Shown here: piece by piece, positions 40,479 through 50,354 of the stretch | Layout of the letters: the number at the start of each line of letters is the position of its first letter | Position numbering within the stretch: the first letter of the stretch is position 1 | Source of the DNA: an uncultured Candidatus Rokubacteria bacterium | GTDB taxonomy: Bacteria; Methylomirabilota; Methylomirabilia; Rokubacteriales; DASRDR01 | DNA length: 64,000 bases | Direction: 5' to 3' | Assembly: GCA_963708025.1 (NCBI GenBank) | Contig: CAVPSB010000032.1 | Coordinates: 128,001 to 192,000 of the forward strand | Made by a program: the position numbers and the translations under genes | Notes under the pieces: model-generated | Seen by the model: only the letters and a program-made list of their open reading frames with translations | Told to the model about the DNA's origin: nothing | Database searches by the model: none

Positions 40479-43400
40479 TCAGGCGAGCTTGGCCAGCTCG
40501 CCCTCCGCACGAGCCCGCCAGAAGGTCATGTCCATCGAGCGGTACAGCTCGGTCGCGGCGGCGAGCTCGATCCGCGCCGGCCCGCGCCGGGCCGCGTGGC
40601 GGTACAGGGCGCCGAGACCGAGGTGGCAGTGGGCCCGGAGCGGCCGCATCCCGAGGGCTTCGGCCAGCGCGAGGGCCTGGCGGTAGTGCTCTTCGGCCTG
40701 CCCCACGTCCGGCGGGTCGCGATGCGAGGCGATCTCGCCGTGGAGCCGGAGTATCCACGCCTCCCAGCCGCGTTGCCCGTGCCGCCGGGCCAGGTCGAGC
40801 CCCTGCGAGGCCAGCCGGCTCGCCGTGTCGAACGTCGCCCGCCAGCAGACGCGCCTCCCCGAGATGGGCGACGACGAGCGAATGGCCGTACACGAAGTTG
40901 ATCGAGACGGCCTGCTCATCGGCCTGCTCGAGCAGCCGGAGGGCGTCGGCCATCCGGCCGGTGAGGGCGTAGGCCGAGCCCAGGGACGACGCGACGCGGG
41001 AGAAATAGATGGCGAGCTCGCCGCCGCTCTGGCACAGGGGCAGACCCCGCTCCAGCATCGCGATGGCCTTCCCGAAGTCTCCCTTCACGAGATGGAGCCG
41101 GCCGACCCCGAGGGACGCCCAGACGAGCTCGTGCGGCGCCTTGGCCATCGCGATCGCGTCGTCACCGCAGGCGGACCCCGCGGCGAACTCGCCCTGCTCG
41201 GCGAGGCACAGGATGAGGAAGGATCGCGCGAACGAATGCGCGTCGCGGCCGGCCAGGGCAATGGCTCGCCGCGAACACTCGACCGACCGGGGGTAGTCGC
41301 CCAGGGCGTAGAGAGCGCGGCCCAGCATCGTGTTCGTGCGGTCTTCGACCATCACGTCGCCGATGTCCGCGGCCAGGCCGCGTGCGCGCTCCCCGGCCGC
41401 CACGGCGCCGGCGAGATCGCCGATGGAGGCCAGGTGATACGTCAGGCGGGCAAGGGCCCGGCCCAGGCGACGCTGATCCCCGAGCCGGCTGGCGAGGCTC
41501 TCGGCTTCGCGAATGTGCCCGAGCGCCCGCGCCAGCTCGCCGAGCGGATAGAGCGCGCTCTCGGCCTCCAGCCGGAGGTCGATGGCTTGCTCCCGGACGT
41601 CGCGGCCGTCCGGGAGGTGCGCCAGCGCGGCGAGCGCCAGCTCGAAATGGGCCAGCGCCTCGCGGTGGGCCGAGCAGGCGACGGCGTTCCGCCCGGCCTG
41701 TCGCAGGTAGAGGAGCGCCTTCTCCCACACCTCGGCCTCCCGATAGTGGCCAGCGAGGGCGGCGGCGTGCGCCTCCCGGTCGGCGGTGGAGAGCGCCTCC
41801 AGGGCCTCGGCGACGCGCCGGTGGAGCAGCTTCCGGCGGGGCGGCAAGAGCCGCGTGTAGACGACATCGCGGATCCGGTCGTGGGTGAAGTCGAAGCGCT
41901 CGTCCACGCCGTGCAGGACGCGACGCCGGACCAGCTCCTCGACGCCCTGCGCCGCCTCGTCCTCGCCCAGCCCCGCGGCGCGCTCGAGCAGCGGAAACTC
42001 GAACTCGCGCCCGATGACGGCGGCCACCGCCAGGAGGCGCTGGCTCACCTCGCTGACCCGCTCCAGACGCTGCGCGATCACGTCCCGGACGTGCGGGGGG
42101 AGCGTCAGCTTCGTCGCCGGGTCCGCCCTCGCCCCGTCCCGGAGCGCGCGCATGGTCTCCACCACCATGAAGGGATTGCCCTCGCTGGCGGCCCAGACCG
42201 GCTCGCCCACCCGCGCCATCGTCGCCGCCTCGGTGCCCATCGGGACGAGCGCCCCCACGAGGGTCAGGGTGTCGGCCCGCGAGAGCGGCGAGAGCGAGAG
42301 CGACTCGAGGTGCTGCTCGCGGGCCAGGTCCTCGAGCGTGCGGCGCAGGATCGGGGCGTCGGCCAGCTCCTCCTCCCGGGCCGTGGCGACGACGAGGACG
42401 GGCCACGCCCGGATGCGGCGCGCGAGGAAGGCCAGGAGTCTGAGGCTCGTCTCGTCGGCCCAGTGCAGGTCCTCCAGGACCAGCAGGAGGGGCTGGCGAG
42501 CCGCGAGGTGCCCGACGAGCTCGCCGACACTCTCGAAGAGCTGCCGGTAGTCGGCGGCGCCCGCGCCCGACGGGACCTCCGGCCCGGTCAGCTCGGGCAG
42601 CAGCCGGCCGAGCTCCGTGCGCCAGACGGGACCCAGGCCCCGAAGCGCCTCCGCGTCGTGAGGCACCCCACCGGCGCGAAGCGCGTTCACCCAGGGGCCG
42701 AAGGGCAGGATCTGGTCGGACTCGTACGAGCGGCCGAGGAGCACGCGGCCGCCCCGGTGGGCGGTCTCGATGGCCAGCTCCGCGATCAGGCGGCTCTTGC
42801 CGATCCCCGCCTCGCCGAGGATCGCCACGAGCCGGCCGCGCCCGCCCCAGGCCTCGTCCAGCGCGGCGACCAGCCGCGCCACCTCGGGCACGCGTCCGAT
42901 GAGCGGCGTCTCGACGAGCGGGGCATCGGCCCGAACCCCCGGGGCGGCGCCGAGGGCTGGCGCCGCCGGGAGCGGCGGCGGCAGTTCGATCGTCGAGGGG
43001 CGGGAGGGCGGCTGCCGGAGGATCTCCTGGTAGAGCTGCCGGGTCTCGGGCTCCGGCTCCACGCCGAGCTCGCGCTGCAGCACGCCGACACACTGTTGAT
43101 ACTGCCGGAGGGCCGCGCCCCGCCGCCCCGCCGCCCCGTACAGCCGCATCAGCGTCCGGTGCACCGGCTCCTGCAGCGGGTCCAGCGTCAGCAGCCGCAG
43201 CCCCGTCTGGATCGCCGCCTCCGTCGCCCCCGCCGTCCGCTGGTGCGCCAGGAGCTTGGCCAACCCCTCCAGCGCCAGCTCCCGCAGCCGCTCCCGCTCG
43301 CCCAGCAGCCACTCCTCGAACGCCGCCTCCTTCACCGCCAGCCCCGCCAGCAGCTCCCCCCGGTACAGCGCCGCCGCCGCCGCCAGCGCCCCCGGCGTCC

Positions 43401-43731
43401 CCTCCGCCACCCGGCGCTCGAAGACCGCCGCGTCCACCTCCACCGCCTCCGCGTTCAGCCCGATCCGCTCCCCCTCGCCCACCAGCGCTCCCGCCGGCAA
43501 CGCCTTCCGCAGCACGAACAGCGCCTGCCGCAGGTTCCCGCGCGCCTGCTCCTCCCCCATCTCGCCCCACAGCAGCGCCGCCAGCTTGTCCCGCGGGTGC
43601 GCCTGGCCGAGCGGCAGCGCCAGATAGGCGAGCAGCGCCTGCGCCTTCCGCGTCGGCAGGCTGAGCGGCGCCCCCGGGCCCTGCCGGGCCTGGAAGCCGC
43701 CGAGGAGGGTGAGCTGGAGAGACGCCGTCAC
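40479..43731 (-). CDS. SARP/BTAD-domain transcriptional regulator with AAA/STAND ATPase and TPR repeats (frameshift near 40830-40860)
   Basis: LLGGF..RKAQALLAYL..R.KL..LLW wHTH; LYRGELL..FEEW..DPLQE..HR.LM BTAD; GEAGIGKSRL, LEDLHWAD, GNPF; true C-terminus in the 40479 frame. Confidence 0.9.
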
Positions 43732-43793
43732 CGTGGGCTCCCGGGGTGGCGCTCACTATAGCGCCCCCGGGCCGCCCCCCACCAGAGGGGCGC

Positions 43794-43832
43794 TGACGCA
43801 TTTTTCACGCGGCCCCTGACGGGCGGCTCACG
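43794..43832 (+). promoter_or_regulatory. Four helically phased T(G/C)ACG direct repeats (putative SARP-type operator)
   Basis: TGACG 43794, TCACG 43805, TGACG 43817, TCACG 43828 (spacing 11/12/11). Confidence 0.65.
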
Positions 43833-43853
43833 CCCGGGGCGTACACCGGGCGC

Positions 43854-44048
43854 ATGGGGAGCACCGCCATGACGTTCATCGTGCGGATCGCCCCGGACGA
43901 GGCCGGCCGGCTGACCGGCGTGGTGGAGCGCGTCCGGACGGGCGAGAAGGAGCGGTTTCACCGGCTCGAGGCCGTCGGCGCGATCCTCGCGCGCATGGTC
44001 TCGGGCGAGGCCACCCACCCCGACGACTCGAAGGAGGACCGCCCATGA
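43854..44048 (+). CDS. Small hypothetical protein (59-64 aa)
   Basis: TFIVRIAPDEAGRLTGVVERVRTGEKERF; host-like codons; stop overlaps SDR start (ATGA). Confidence 0.75.
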   Translation: MGSTAMTFIVRIAPDEAGRLTGVVERVRTGEKERFHRLEAVGAILARMVSGEATHPDDSKEDRP

Positions 44049-44848
44049 CCCTCAACGGCAAGCACGCGCTGGTGACCGGCGGCTCGCGCGGGATCGGCCG
44101 CGGCATCGTCCTGGCGCTCGCCGCGGCGGGCGCGAAGGTCGCCGTCCACTACTACGTCAACGAATCAGCGGCCAGGGAGACGCTCGAGCGCGTCCGCAAG
44201 CACGGCGCCGACGGCGTCCTCGTGCAGGCCGACGTCTCGAAGGCGGAGGACGTGCGCCGCATGGTCGCCGAGGTGCGCAAGGCGTTCGGCACGCTCGACG
44301 TCTTCGTGGCCAACGCCCGGCCGGAGCTCGCGACGTTCTACCAGAAGCCGATGGAGATCACCCTCGAGGCCTGGGACCAGGCGATGGACTCCCAGGGCAA
44401 GGCCTTCCTCGTGGGCGTGCAGCAGGCCGTCCCCCTGATGGGCGCCGGCGGTCGCATCGTGGCGATCACCTACGCGCCGGGCGCCCAGAAGGGCACGTGG
44501 CAGCCCTGGGTCGCGATGGGCGCCGGCAAGGCGGCGATGGAGTCGCTCGTGCGCTACTTCGCCGTCGCGCTCGCGCCGCGCGGGATCACCGTCAACTCCG
44601 TGAGCCCGGGGCTCACCGACGACAGCGTGCTCAACGGGCTGCCCGACCCCGTCGTGCAGACCGCCCGCGCGTGGCACGCCAGCGGCTGGACGCCGATGGG
44701 CCGCATGGGCACGCCCGCCGACATCGGCAACGCCGTGGCGCTGCTCTGCTCGCCCGACGCCGGCTGGATCACGGGCCAGCTCCTCTACGCCGACGGCGGC
44801 GCCTCGCTGGTGGACACCCTGATGCCGCTCGAGATCCAGCGCGGCTGA
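44045..44848 (+). CDS. SDR family oxidoreductase (FabL/enoyl-ACP reductase-like)
   Basis: TGGSRGIG, QADV, K..MES.VRY.A..LA, NSVSPG, TP.GR.G, ITGQ.L.ADGG; AAGGAGG SD. Confidence 0.92.
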   Translation: MTLNGKHALVTGGSRGIGRGIVLALAAAGAKVAVHYYVNESAARETLERVRKHGADGVLVQADVSKAEDVRRMVAEVRKAFGTLDVFVANARPELATFYQKPMEITLEAWDQAMDSQGKAFLVGVQQAVPLMGAGGRIVAITYAPGAQKGTWQPWVAMGAGKAAMESLVRYFAVALAPRGITVNSVSPGLTDDSVLNGLPDPVVQTARAWHASGWTPMGRMGTPADIGNAVALLCSPDAGWITGQLLYADGGASLVDTLMPLEIQRG

Positions 44849-44947
44849 GCGCGACGGTCCCAACCCGACCCCGCCTCTGGGTTGACGCCGAGGCGGGGGC
44901 CGACGAGTGCAGTGAACACGACGAGGGTCATGAAGAGAGGTGCAGCC

Positions 44948-46490
44948 ATGAACGCATTCATCATGCTGGTGCTGGCCGTCGCCATGACGGGATGGCTCGG
45001 CGTTCCGGACGGGAACGCGCAGCCCACCCTGTACATCGCCGCATCCGAGGAGCTCCTCGAGCCGTCTTGCCAAAATTGCTACTTCCCCGGGCCAAGCAGC
45101 CTCCACCGCGTCAATCCCCAGACCGGGCGCGCCACGCCCGTCGGCGCCATCGGCTTCGACGCCGTCGGCGGGATGGCCTTCCACCCGCTGACCGGCGTCC
45201 TCTATGCGGTAGGGCAACGGGCGGGCACCGCCGGATTCTTCATGCCCGGAACCCACGTCCTCATCACGATCGATCCGGCAACCGGCGTCGGCACCGAGAT
45301 CGGCCCCTTCACCGGGCCGATGACCTGTCCCGGGTGCGGCGTCGAAGACTTGGCCTTCCGTCCCAACGGTGTCCTCTACGGGATGGTCAACGGCACCCTG
45401 GTCACGGTCAACCTCGAGACCGGCGCAAGCACGTTCATCGCGTTCCCGTGCTGCTTCGATCCCTCGGTTCTCACCAACATCGATTCCCTGACGTTCTCCG
45501 CCGACGGCAGCGTGCTGTTCAGCCGGGTGTTCGAAGCCAACTTCATGACCTTCGACCCGGAGACCGGCGAGATCTTCGACGGATTGCGAGGGATCGGGAT
45601 AGAGAACGCGACCGAGCCGGGGTTCTTTGACATCCCTCATCCCGGCTCGATGCGCTCGACACCGAGCCCGGGACCGGGCTGCTCTGGGGCGTGACCAAGA
45701 GTTCGGAGAACGCGCGCAGGCTCCCCCTACCTGGTGACGATCGAGCCGGCGCTCGATCCCATCCTGGATATTTTCGTGGGGACGCGAGGCCCGGTCCATC
45801 CTGGATGCCTCCGGCTTCAGCGGTCAACTCGGATTTGTGCTGGCACTCGCCTGGTCGCCGGGTGCCGCCAACACGCCCGCCGGGGCCAACCGGGTGGTCC
45901 AGGTCGCGCCGGCGACGTTGACGTTCGAGATGGTCGACCAAGCCGGCACCACGACCGTGACGACGAGCGCCACCGGTCCACCGCTTCCGTCCGGCTTCAG
46001 CCTCGGTACCCCGCCGACCTACTTCGAGATCTCCACGACGGCGGTGTTCTCCGGCTTCGTGGACGTCTGCATCGACTACACCGGGATCGTGTTCGGCGAC
46101 GAGGCCAGCCTCCGGCTCCTGCATTTCGACGGCGTCGCCTTCGCCGACGTGACGACGTCGCTCGACACCACGACCGACGTGATCTGCGGCCGCAGCGCCA
46201 CGCTGTCGCCGTTCGTCGTCGTCGAGCGCGCGCAGAGCGTGGCCGAGATGATCGTCGACCTGATCGAGTCGGTGGCGCGGCTCACGCTGGCGCCGTCACA
46301 GGAGCAACGCCTGGTGGCGGCGCTCGAGACGGCGCTGCTCCAGCCCCGGAACACACGACTGGTCTGCGCGAGCCTCCAGGGCTTCATCCGGCTCGTGCAG
46401 ATCGGCGCCGCCCTGGGTCGCCTGCCGGCACCGAGGGCGGCTCAGCTGATCGAGGACGCGAGGGCCATCCGCGCCGCGCTGAGCTGCTGA
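44948..46490 (+). CDS. Secreted multidomain protein (beta-propeller-like N-part, beta-rich middle, helical C-terminus); probably one gene split by frameshifts at ~45640-45840
   Basis: Signal peptide; repeated (L/M)AF.P..GVLY and L.TID/N..TG blades; downstream ORF 45837-46490 has no signal peptide or clear SD. Confidence 0.6.
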
Positions 46491-46498
46491 CCCGCGGC

Positions 46499-46603
46499 CT
46501 ACCGCCGCGGGCGTCGTGCCGTCCGGCGCCCGCGGCGGGCCGCCCCCCGGCGCCTGGCCACCGCGATCGCCTCGATCTCGATCAGCATCCCGGGGATCGC
46601 AAA
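46499..46603 (-). pseudogene. Second RidA/YjgF family C-terminal remnant
   Basis: FAIPGMLIEIEAIAVARRRG..* beginning right after the ntrC-like stop. Confidence 0.65.
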
Positions 46604-46604
46604 T

Positions 46605-48050
46605 TCAGTCCTCGCCGTCGGGCTTCAGGCCCAGGGCGCGGAGCTTCTTGCGGAGCGTGTTCCGGTTGATCCCGAGGAGGGCGGCGGCGCGGAGCTGGTT
46701 GCCTCCGGTCTCCCGGAGCACCGCCCGGAAGAGCGGGCGCTCGACCAGGCCGAGCACCAGCTCGTAGAGGTTCGCCGACTCCCGGGCCCCGAGCCCGCGC
46801 ACGCACTCCTCGAGCTTGTCCTGGATGAGCTGCTCGAGGGTGCCCTCCCGGATCCAGGGGCCGCCCGGTCCGGGGGCGATCGGCAAGTGCTCGGGGAGGA
46901 TCACGCCGGCGCCGGCCATCACCATCGCGTGCTGGACCACGTTCTCCAGCTCCCGGACGTTGCCGGGCCAGGCGTAGCCGGTCAGGCGGTCGAGGGCCTC
47001 GGCCGCCAGCGCCCGCTCGCCCAGCTCCCCGGCGTACTTCACCAGGAAATGGTCCACCAGGAACGGGATGTCCTCGCGCCGCTCCCGGAGCGGGGGGAGG
47101 GTCACGCTCACGACGTTGAGGCGATAGAAGAGGTCCTCGCGAAAGCGGCCTTCCCGGATGAGGGTCTCCAGGTCCCGGTTCGTGGCGGCCACCACCCGGA
47201 CGTCGACCCGGATCGGCTCGCCGCCCCCGATCCGCTCCAGCTCGCGCTCCTGGAGCACGCGAAGGAGCTTCGGCTGGAGCTCGGGTCCCATGTCGCCGAC
47301 CTCGTCGAGATAGAGGGTGCCGCCGTGGGCCAGCTCGAAGCGGCCGAGGCGCCGCTGATGGGCGTCGGTGAACGCCCCGCGCTCGTGGCCGAACAGCTCG
47401 GCCTCCAGCAGGGTGGGCGGGATCGCGGCGCAGGAGACCGCGACGAACGGCTTGCCCGCGCGGCGGCTGTAGTGGTGGATGGCCCGCGCCACCACTTCCT
47501 TGCCCGTCCCGGACTCCCCCTGGAGCAGCACGGTGACGTCGGTCGCCGCGATGCGCCCGATGGTCTTGTAGACCTCCTGCATGCGGGGCGACTTGCCGAC
47601 CAGCGCGCCGAACTCCCACACCTCCTGGATGCCCGTGCGCAGCTCGACCACCTCGCGGGCCAGCGCCTTGGCGGACAGCGCCCGCTCGACCAGCAGCAGG
47701 ACCTCGTCGTTGTCGAACGGCTTGGCCAGGTAGTCGTACGCGCCTCGCTGCATCGCCTCGACGGCCGCCCGCACGCTCCCGTGGGCGGTCATCACGACGA
47801 CCGCGGTCTCCGGGCTGTCGGCGCGAAGGCGCCCGAGCACCTCGAGGCCGTCGAGCCCCGGCATCCGGATGTCCAGGAAGGCGAGGTCGTACCGCTCCGC
47901 CGCTGCGGCGGCCAGCGCCGCCGGGCCGTCTTCCACGACGGTGACGGCGTGCCCGGCCTGGCGCAGCAGCCGCTCCAGGAGCCACCGGAGCGCCGGCTCG
48001 TCGTCGGCCACCAGGATCCGGGCGCCGGTCGGGGTCGCCGGCTCGCTCAC
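46605..48050 (-). CDS. ntrC: Sigma54-dependent response regulator, NtrC-like
   Basis: REC (ADDE, DIRMP, KPFD), GESGTGKE, ELFGHERGAFTDA, FREDLFYRL, WPGNVREL, Fis HTH GINRNTLRKK. Confidence 0.85.
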   Translation of the reverse strand: MSEPATPTGARILVADDEPALRWLLERLLRQAGHAVTVVEDGPAALAAAAAERYDLAFLDIRMPGLDGLEVLGRLRADSPETAVVVMTAHGSVRAAVEAMQRGAYDYLAKPFDNDEVLLLVERALSAKALAREVVELRTGIQEVWEFGALVGKSPRMQEVYKTIGRIAATDVTVLLQGESGTGKEVVARAIHHYSRRAGKPFVAVSCAAIPPTLLEAELFGHERGAFTDAHQRRLGRFELAHGGTLYLDEVGDMGPELQPKLLRVLQERELERIGGGEPIRVDVRVVAATNRDLETLIREGRFREDLFYRLNVVSVTLPPLRERREDIPFLVDHFLVKYAGELGERALAAEALDRLTGYAWPGNVRELENVVQHAMVMAGAGVILPEHLPIAPGPGGPWIREGTLEQLIQDKLEECVRGLGARESANLYELVLGLVERPLFRAVLRETGGNQLRAAALLGINRNTLRKKLRALGLKPDGED

Positions 48051-49159
48051 GACGGACCCGGGCGCTCCGGCCCCGCGATCGGCAAGTAGCAGGCGAAGCT
48101 CGTGCCCTTGCCCGGCGTGCTCGTCACCCGGAGGGCGCCCCGGTGCTCCTCGACGATCCGGTGGGCGACGGCCAGGCCGAGGCCGAGGCCGCGCGGCTTG
48201 GTGGTGACGAAGGGGTCGAAGATGCGATCGCCCAGCGCTTCGGCGATTCCCTCGCCCTCGTCGGCCACCAGGACCTCGACCAGCGGCCGCGGCCCCGCGC
48301 CGAGGTCCACGCGCCCGTAGACCGGATCGAGCGACATCCGGGTCGTCAGCGTCAGCCGGCCGCCGCCCGGCATCGCCTCGATCCCGTTCTGCACGAGGTT
48401 CTGGAAGACCTGCATGAGCCGGTCCTCGTCCGCCCACAGCGGCGGCAGGCTCGGATCGTAGCGCCGGACGAGCTGAACCCCGTGGGCGACCGCCGCCGGC
48501 TCGGCGAGGAGGCAGACGCGCTCGAGGAGCTGGTGGAGGTTCACCGCCGCGAAGACGAAGCGCATCGGCCGGCCGAGGTCGAGAAGCGCTTCCATGACGC
48601 GGTTGACCCGGTCGATCTCGCCGAGCATGACGGTGAGGTGCTCGCGGTACGGGCCCTCGCCCAGCTCGGTGCCGAGGAGCTGCGCGACCCCGCGGATCGC
48701 GCCGAGCGGATTCCGGATCTCGTGGGCCAGCGCGAGCGCCATCTGGCCCAGGGCGGCCAGCCGCTCGCCCCGCCGCACCTCCGCCTCCAGCGCCTTGAGC
48801 CGCGAGAGGTCGCGGAGCACGGCCACCGCCCCCTGGAGACGCCCGGCGGCGTCGTGGATGGGCGCGGTCTGGAGGCTCACCGGCACCGTCCGCCCGCCCG
48901 CCAGGTCGACCTCGGACTCGGCCTCGGCCCGGCCCTCGGCGAGGCGCACCGTCTCCGCCAGGTGGCGGACCAGCCGGGCCTCGGGGGGCAGGATATCGGC
49001 GAGGGCGCGGCCGAGGGCCCGGGTGGCGGCTCGCCCGACCAGGACCTCGGCGGCGGCGTTCCAGAGGAAGACGGTCAGATCGGCGCGGACGCCGACCACG
49101 GCGTCCGGGAGACCGGCCAGCAATCCGCCGTAGTCCGGCGTGGGAGTCGTCGCGGCCAT
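48047..49159 (-). CDS. ntrB: Cytoplasmic PAS histidine kinase, NtrB-like
   Basis: PAS, LAHEIRNPLGAIRG, RRYDPSLP, NLVQN, DEGEG, FDPFVTTK..GLGLGL. Confidence 0.82.
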   Translation of the reverse strand: MAATTPTPDYGGLLAGLPDAVVGVRADLTVFLWNAAAEVLVGRAATRALGRALADILPPEARLVRHLAETVRLAEGRAEAESEVDLAGGRTVPVSLQTAPIHDAAGRLQGAVAVLRDLSRLKALEAEVRRGERLAALGQMALALAHEIRNPLGAIRGVAQLLGTELGEGPYREHLTVMLGEIDRVNRVMEALLDLGRPMRFVFAAVNLHQLLERVCLLAEPAAVAHGVQLVRRYDPSLPPLWADEDRLMQVFQNLVQNGIEAMPGGGRLTLTTRMSLDPVYGRVDLGAGPRPLVEVLVADEGEGIAEALGDRIFDPFVTTKPRGLGLGLAVAHRIVEEHRGALRVTSTPGKGTSFACYLPIAGPERPGPS

Positions 49160-49167
49160 GTCAGTCT

Positions 49168-49247
49168 GGGGTCAGGCCTTTCATTCTTGTCAATCTGGGG
49201 CGCCGATGGGGCCGCGCTGGATTGTCAAGAATGAAGGGCCTGACCCC
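49168..49247. repeat. Palindromic element family A copy 2
   Basis: Same arms as 1084-1157 (one mismatch), different loop. Confidence 0.88.
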
Positions 49248-50246
49248 TCAAGCCAAGGGGAGGGTCGCCCGGGCGTTCAGCGTGAGGTCGGCCCGCTCGC
49301 CTCGCGCCAGGCGGGCCTGGCCGGCGGCCGCGATCATGGCGGCGTTGTCCGTGCAGAAGCGGAGCGACGGAGCGCTCCACGCGTAGCCACGCTCGGCACA
49401 CTTCACCTCGAGCGCGTCCCGCAGGGCGCGGTTGGCCGCCACTCCACCGGTCAGCAGGATCCGACGGATGCCCAGCCGGCTGGCCGCGCGGATGGTCCGC
49501 CGCACGAGCATCTTGACGACCGTCGCCTGGAACGACGCGCACACGTCGGCGGTCCCGGCTGCCGTGAGCGGCGCCTGGCGGCGGACGAAGAGGCTCACGG
49601 CCGTCTTGAGCCCGGAAAAGGAAAAGTCCGGCGCGCCGTCCCGGATGTCGGCCACCGGGAACGGGATTGCCCGGGGATCGCCGTCGCGCGCCGTGCGCTC
49701 GATGATCGGGCCCCCCGGATAGCCGAGGCCGAGGAGCTTGGCGACCTTGTCGAACGCCTCGCCGGCGGCGTCGTCCCGCGTCTGACCGACCAGACGATAG
49801 ACGAGGGGCTCGGGACAGGCGTAGAGCGCGGTGTGGCCACCGGAGACGATGAGGGCCAGGAAGGGGTACGTCGGCGGCGGTGCCTCCAGGAAGCCGGCGA
49901 AGACGTGGCCTTCGAGGTGGTTCACGCCCACCAGCGGAAGGCCGTGCGTGTAGGCGAAGCCCTTCGCGACGGACAGGCCGACCAGCAGCGAGCCGACGAG
50001 CCCGGGCCCGCAGGTGACCGCGATGCCGTCCACCTCGGGCAGCCCGACCCCGGCGTCCTTCAGCGCGTTCTCGACGACCGGCAGCACGACTTCGAGGTGC
50101 CGGCGCGAGGCCAGCTCGGGCACCACCCCCCCGTAGCCGCGGTGGATGGCATCCTGCGACAGCACGATGCTCGACAGGAGCGTCGTGCCCTCGAGCACCG
50201 CCGCGGCGGTCTCGTCACAGGAGGTCTCGATCCCCAGCACTCGCAT
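49248..50246 (-). CDS. tsaD: tRNA N6-adenosine threonylcarbamoyltransferase
   Basis: LGIETSCDET, GGVVPELASRRH, GPGL, NHLEGH, SGGHT, DDAAGEAFDK, DNAAMI. Confidence 0.96.
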   Translation of the reverse strand: MRVLGIETSCDETAAAVLEGTTLLSSIVLSQDAIHRGYGGVVPELASRRHLEVVLPVVENALKDAGVGLPEVDGIAVTCGPGLVGSLLVGLSVAKGFAYTHGLPLVGVNHLEGHVFAGFLEAPPPTYPFLALIVSGGHTALYACPEPLVYRLVGQTRDDAAGEAFDKVAKLLGLGYPGGPIIERTARDGDPRAIPFPVADIRDGAPDFSFSGLKTAVSLFVRRQAPLTAAGTADVCASFQATVVKMLVRRTIRAASRLGIRRILLTGGVAANRALRDALEVKCAERGYAWSAPSLRFCTDNAAMIAAAGQARLARGERADLTLNARATLPLA

Positions 50247-50259
50247 GATGTTTGTTCGG

Positions 50260-50335
50260 GACCTCCCGCCTACCCCCCCAACCCCCCTCCCCCATCTGTG
50301 GACGGCCTTCGGCCTTTGGCGGGGGGGAGCCGGAT
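50260..50335. repeat. REP-like family D copy with nested module
   Basis: GACCTCCCGCCTACCCCCCCAACCCCCCTCCCCCA[GGACGGCCTTCGGCC]..GGGGGGGAG. Confidence 0.75.
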
Positions 50336-50354
50336 GGACCCATGGACCTTCACT

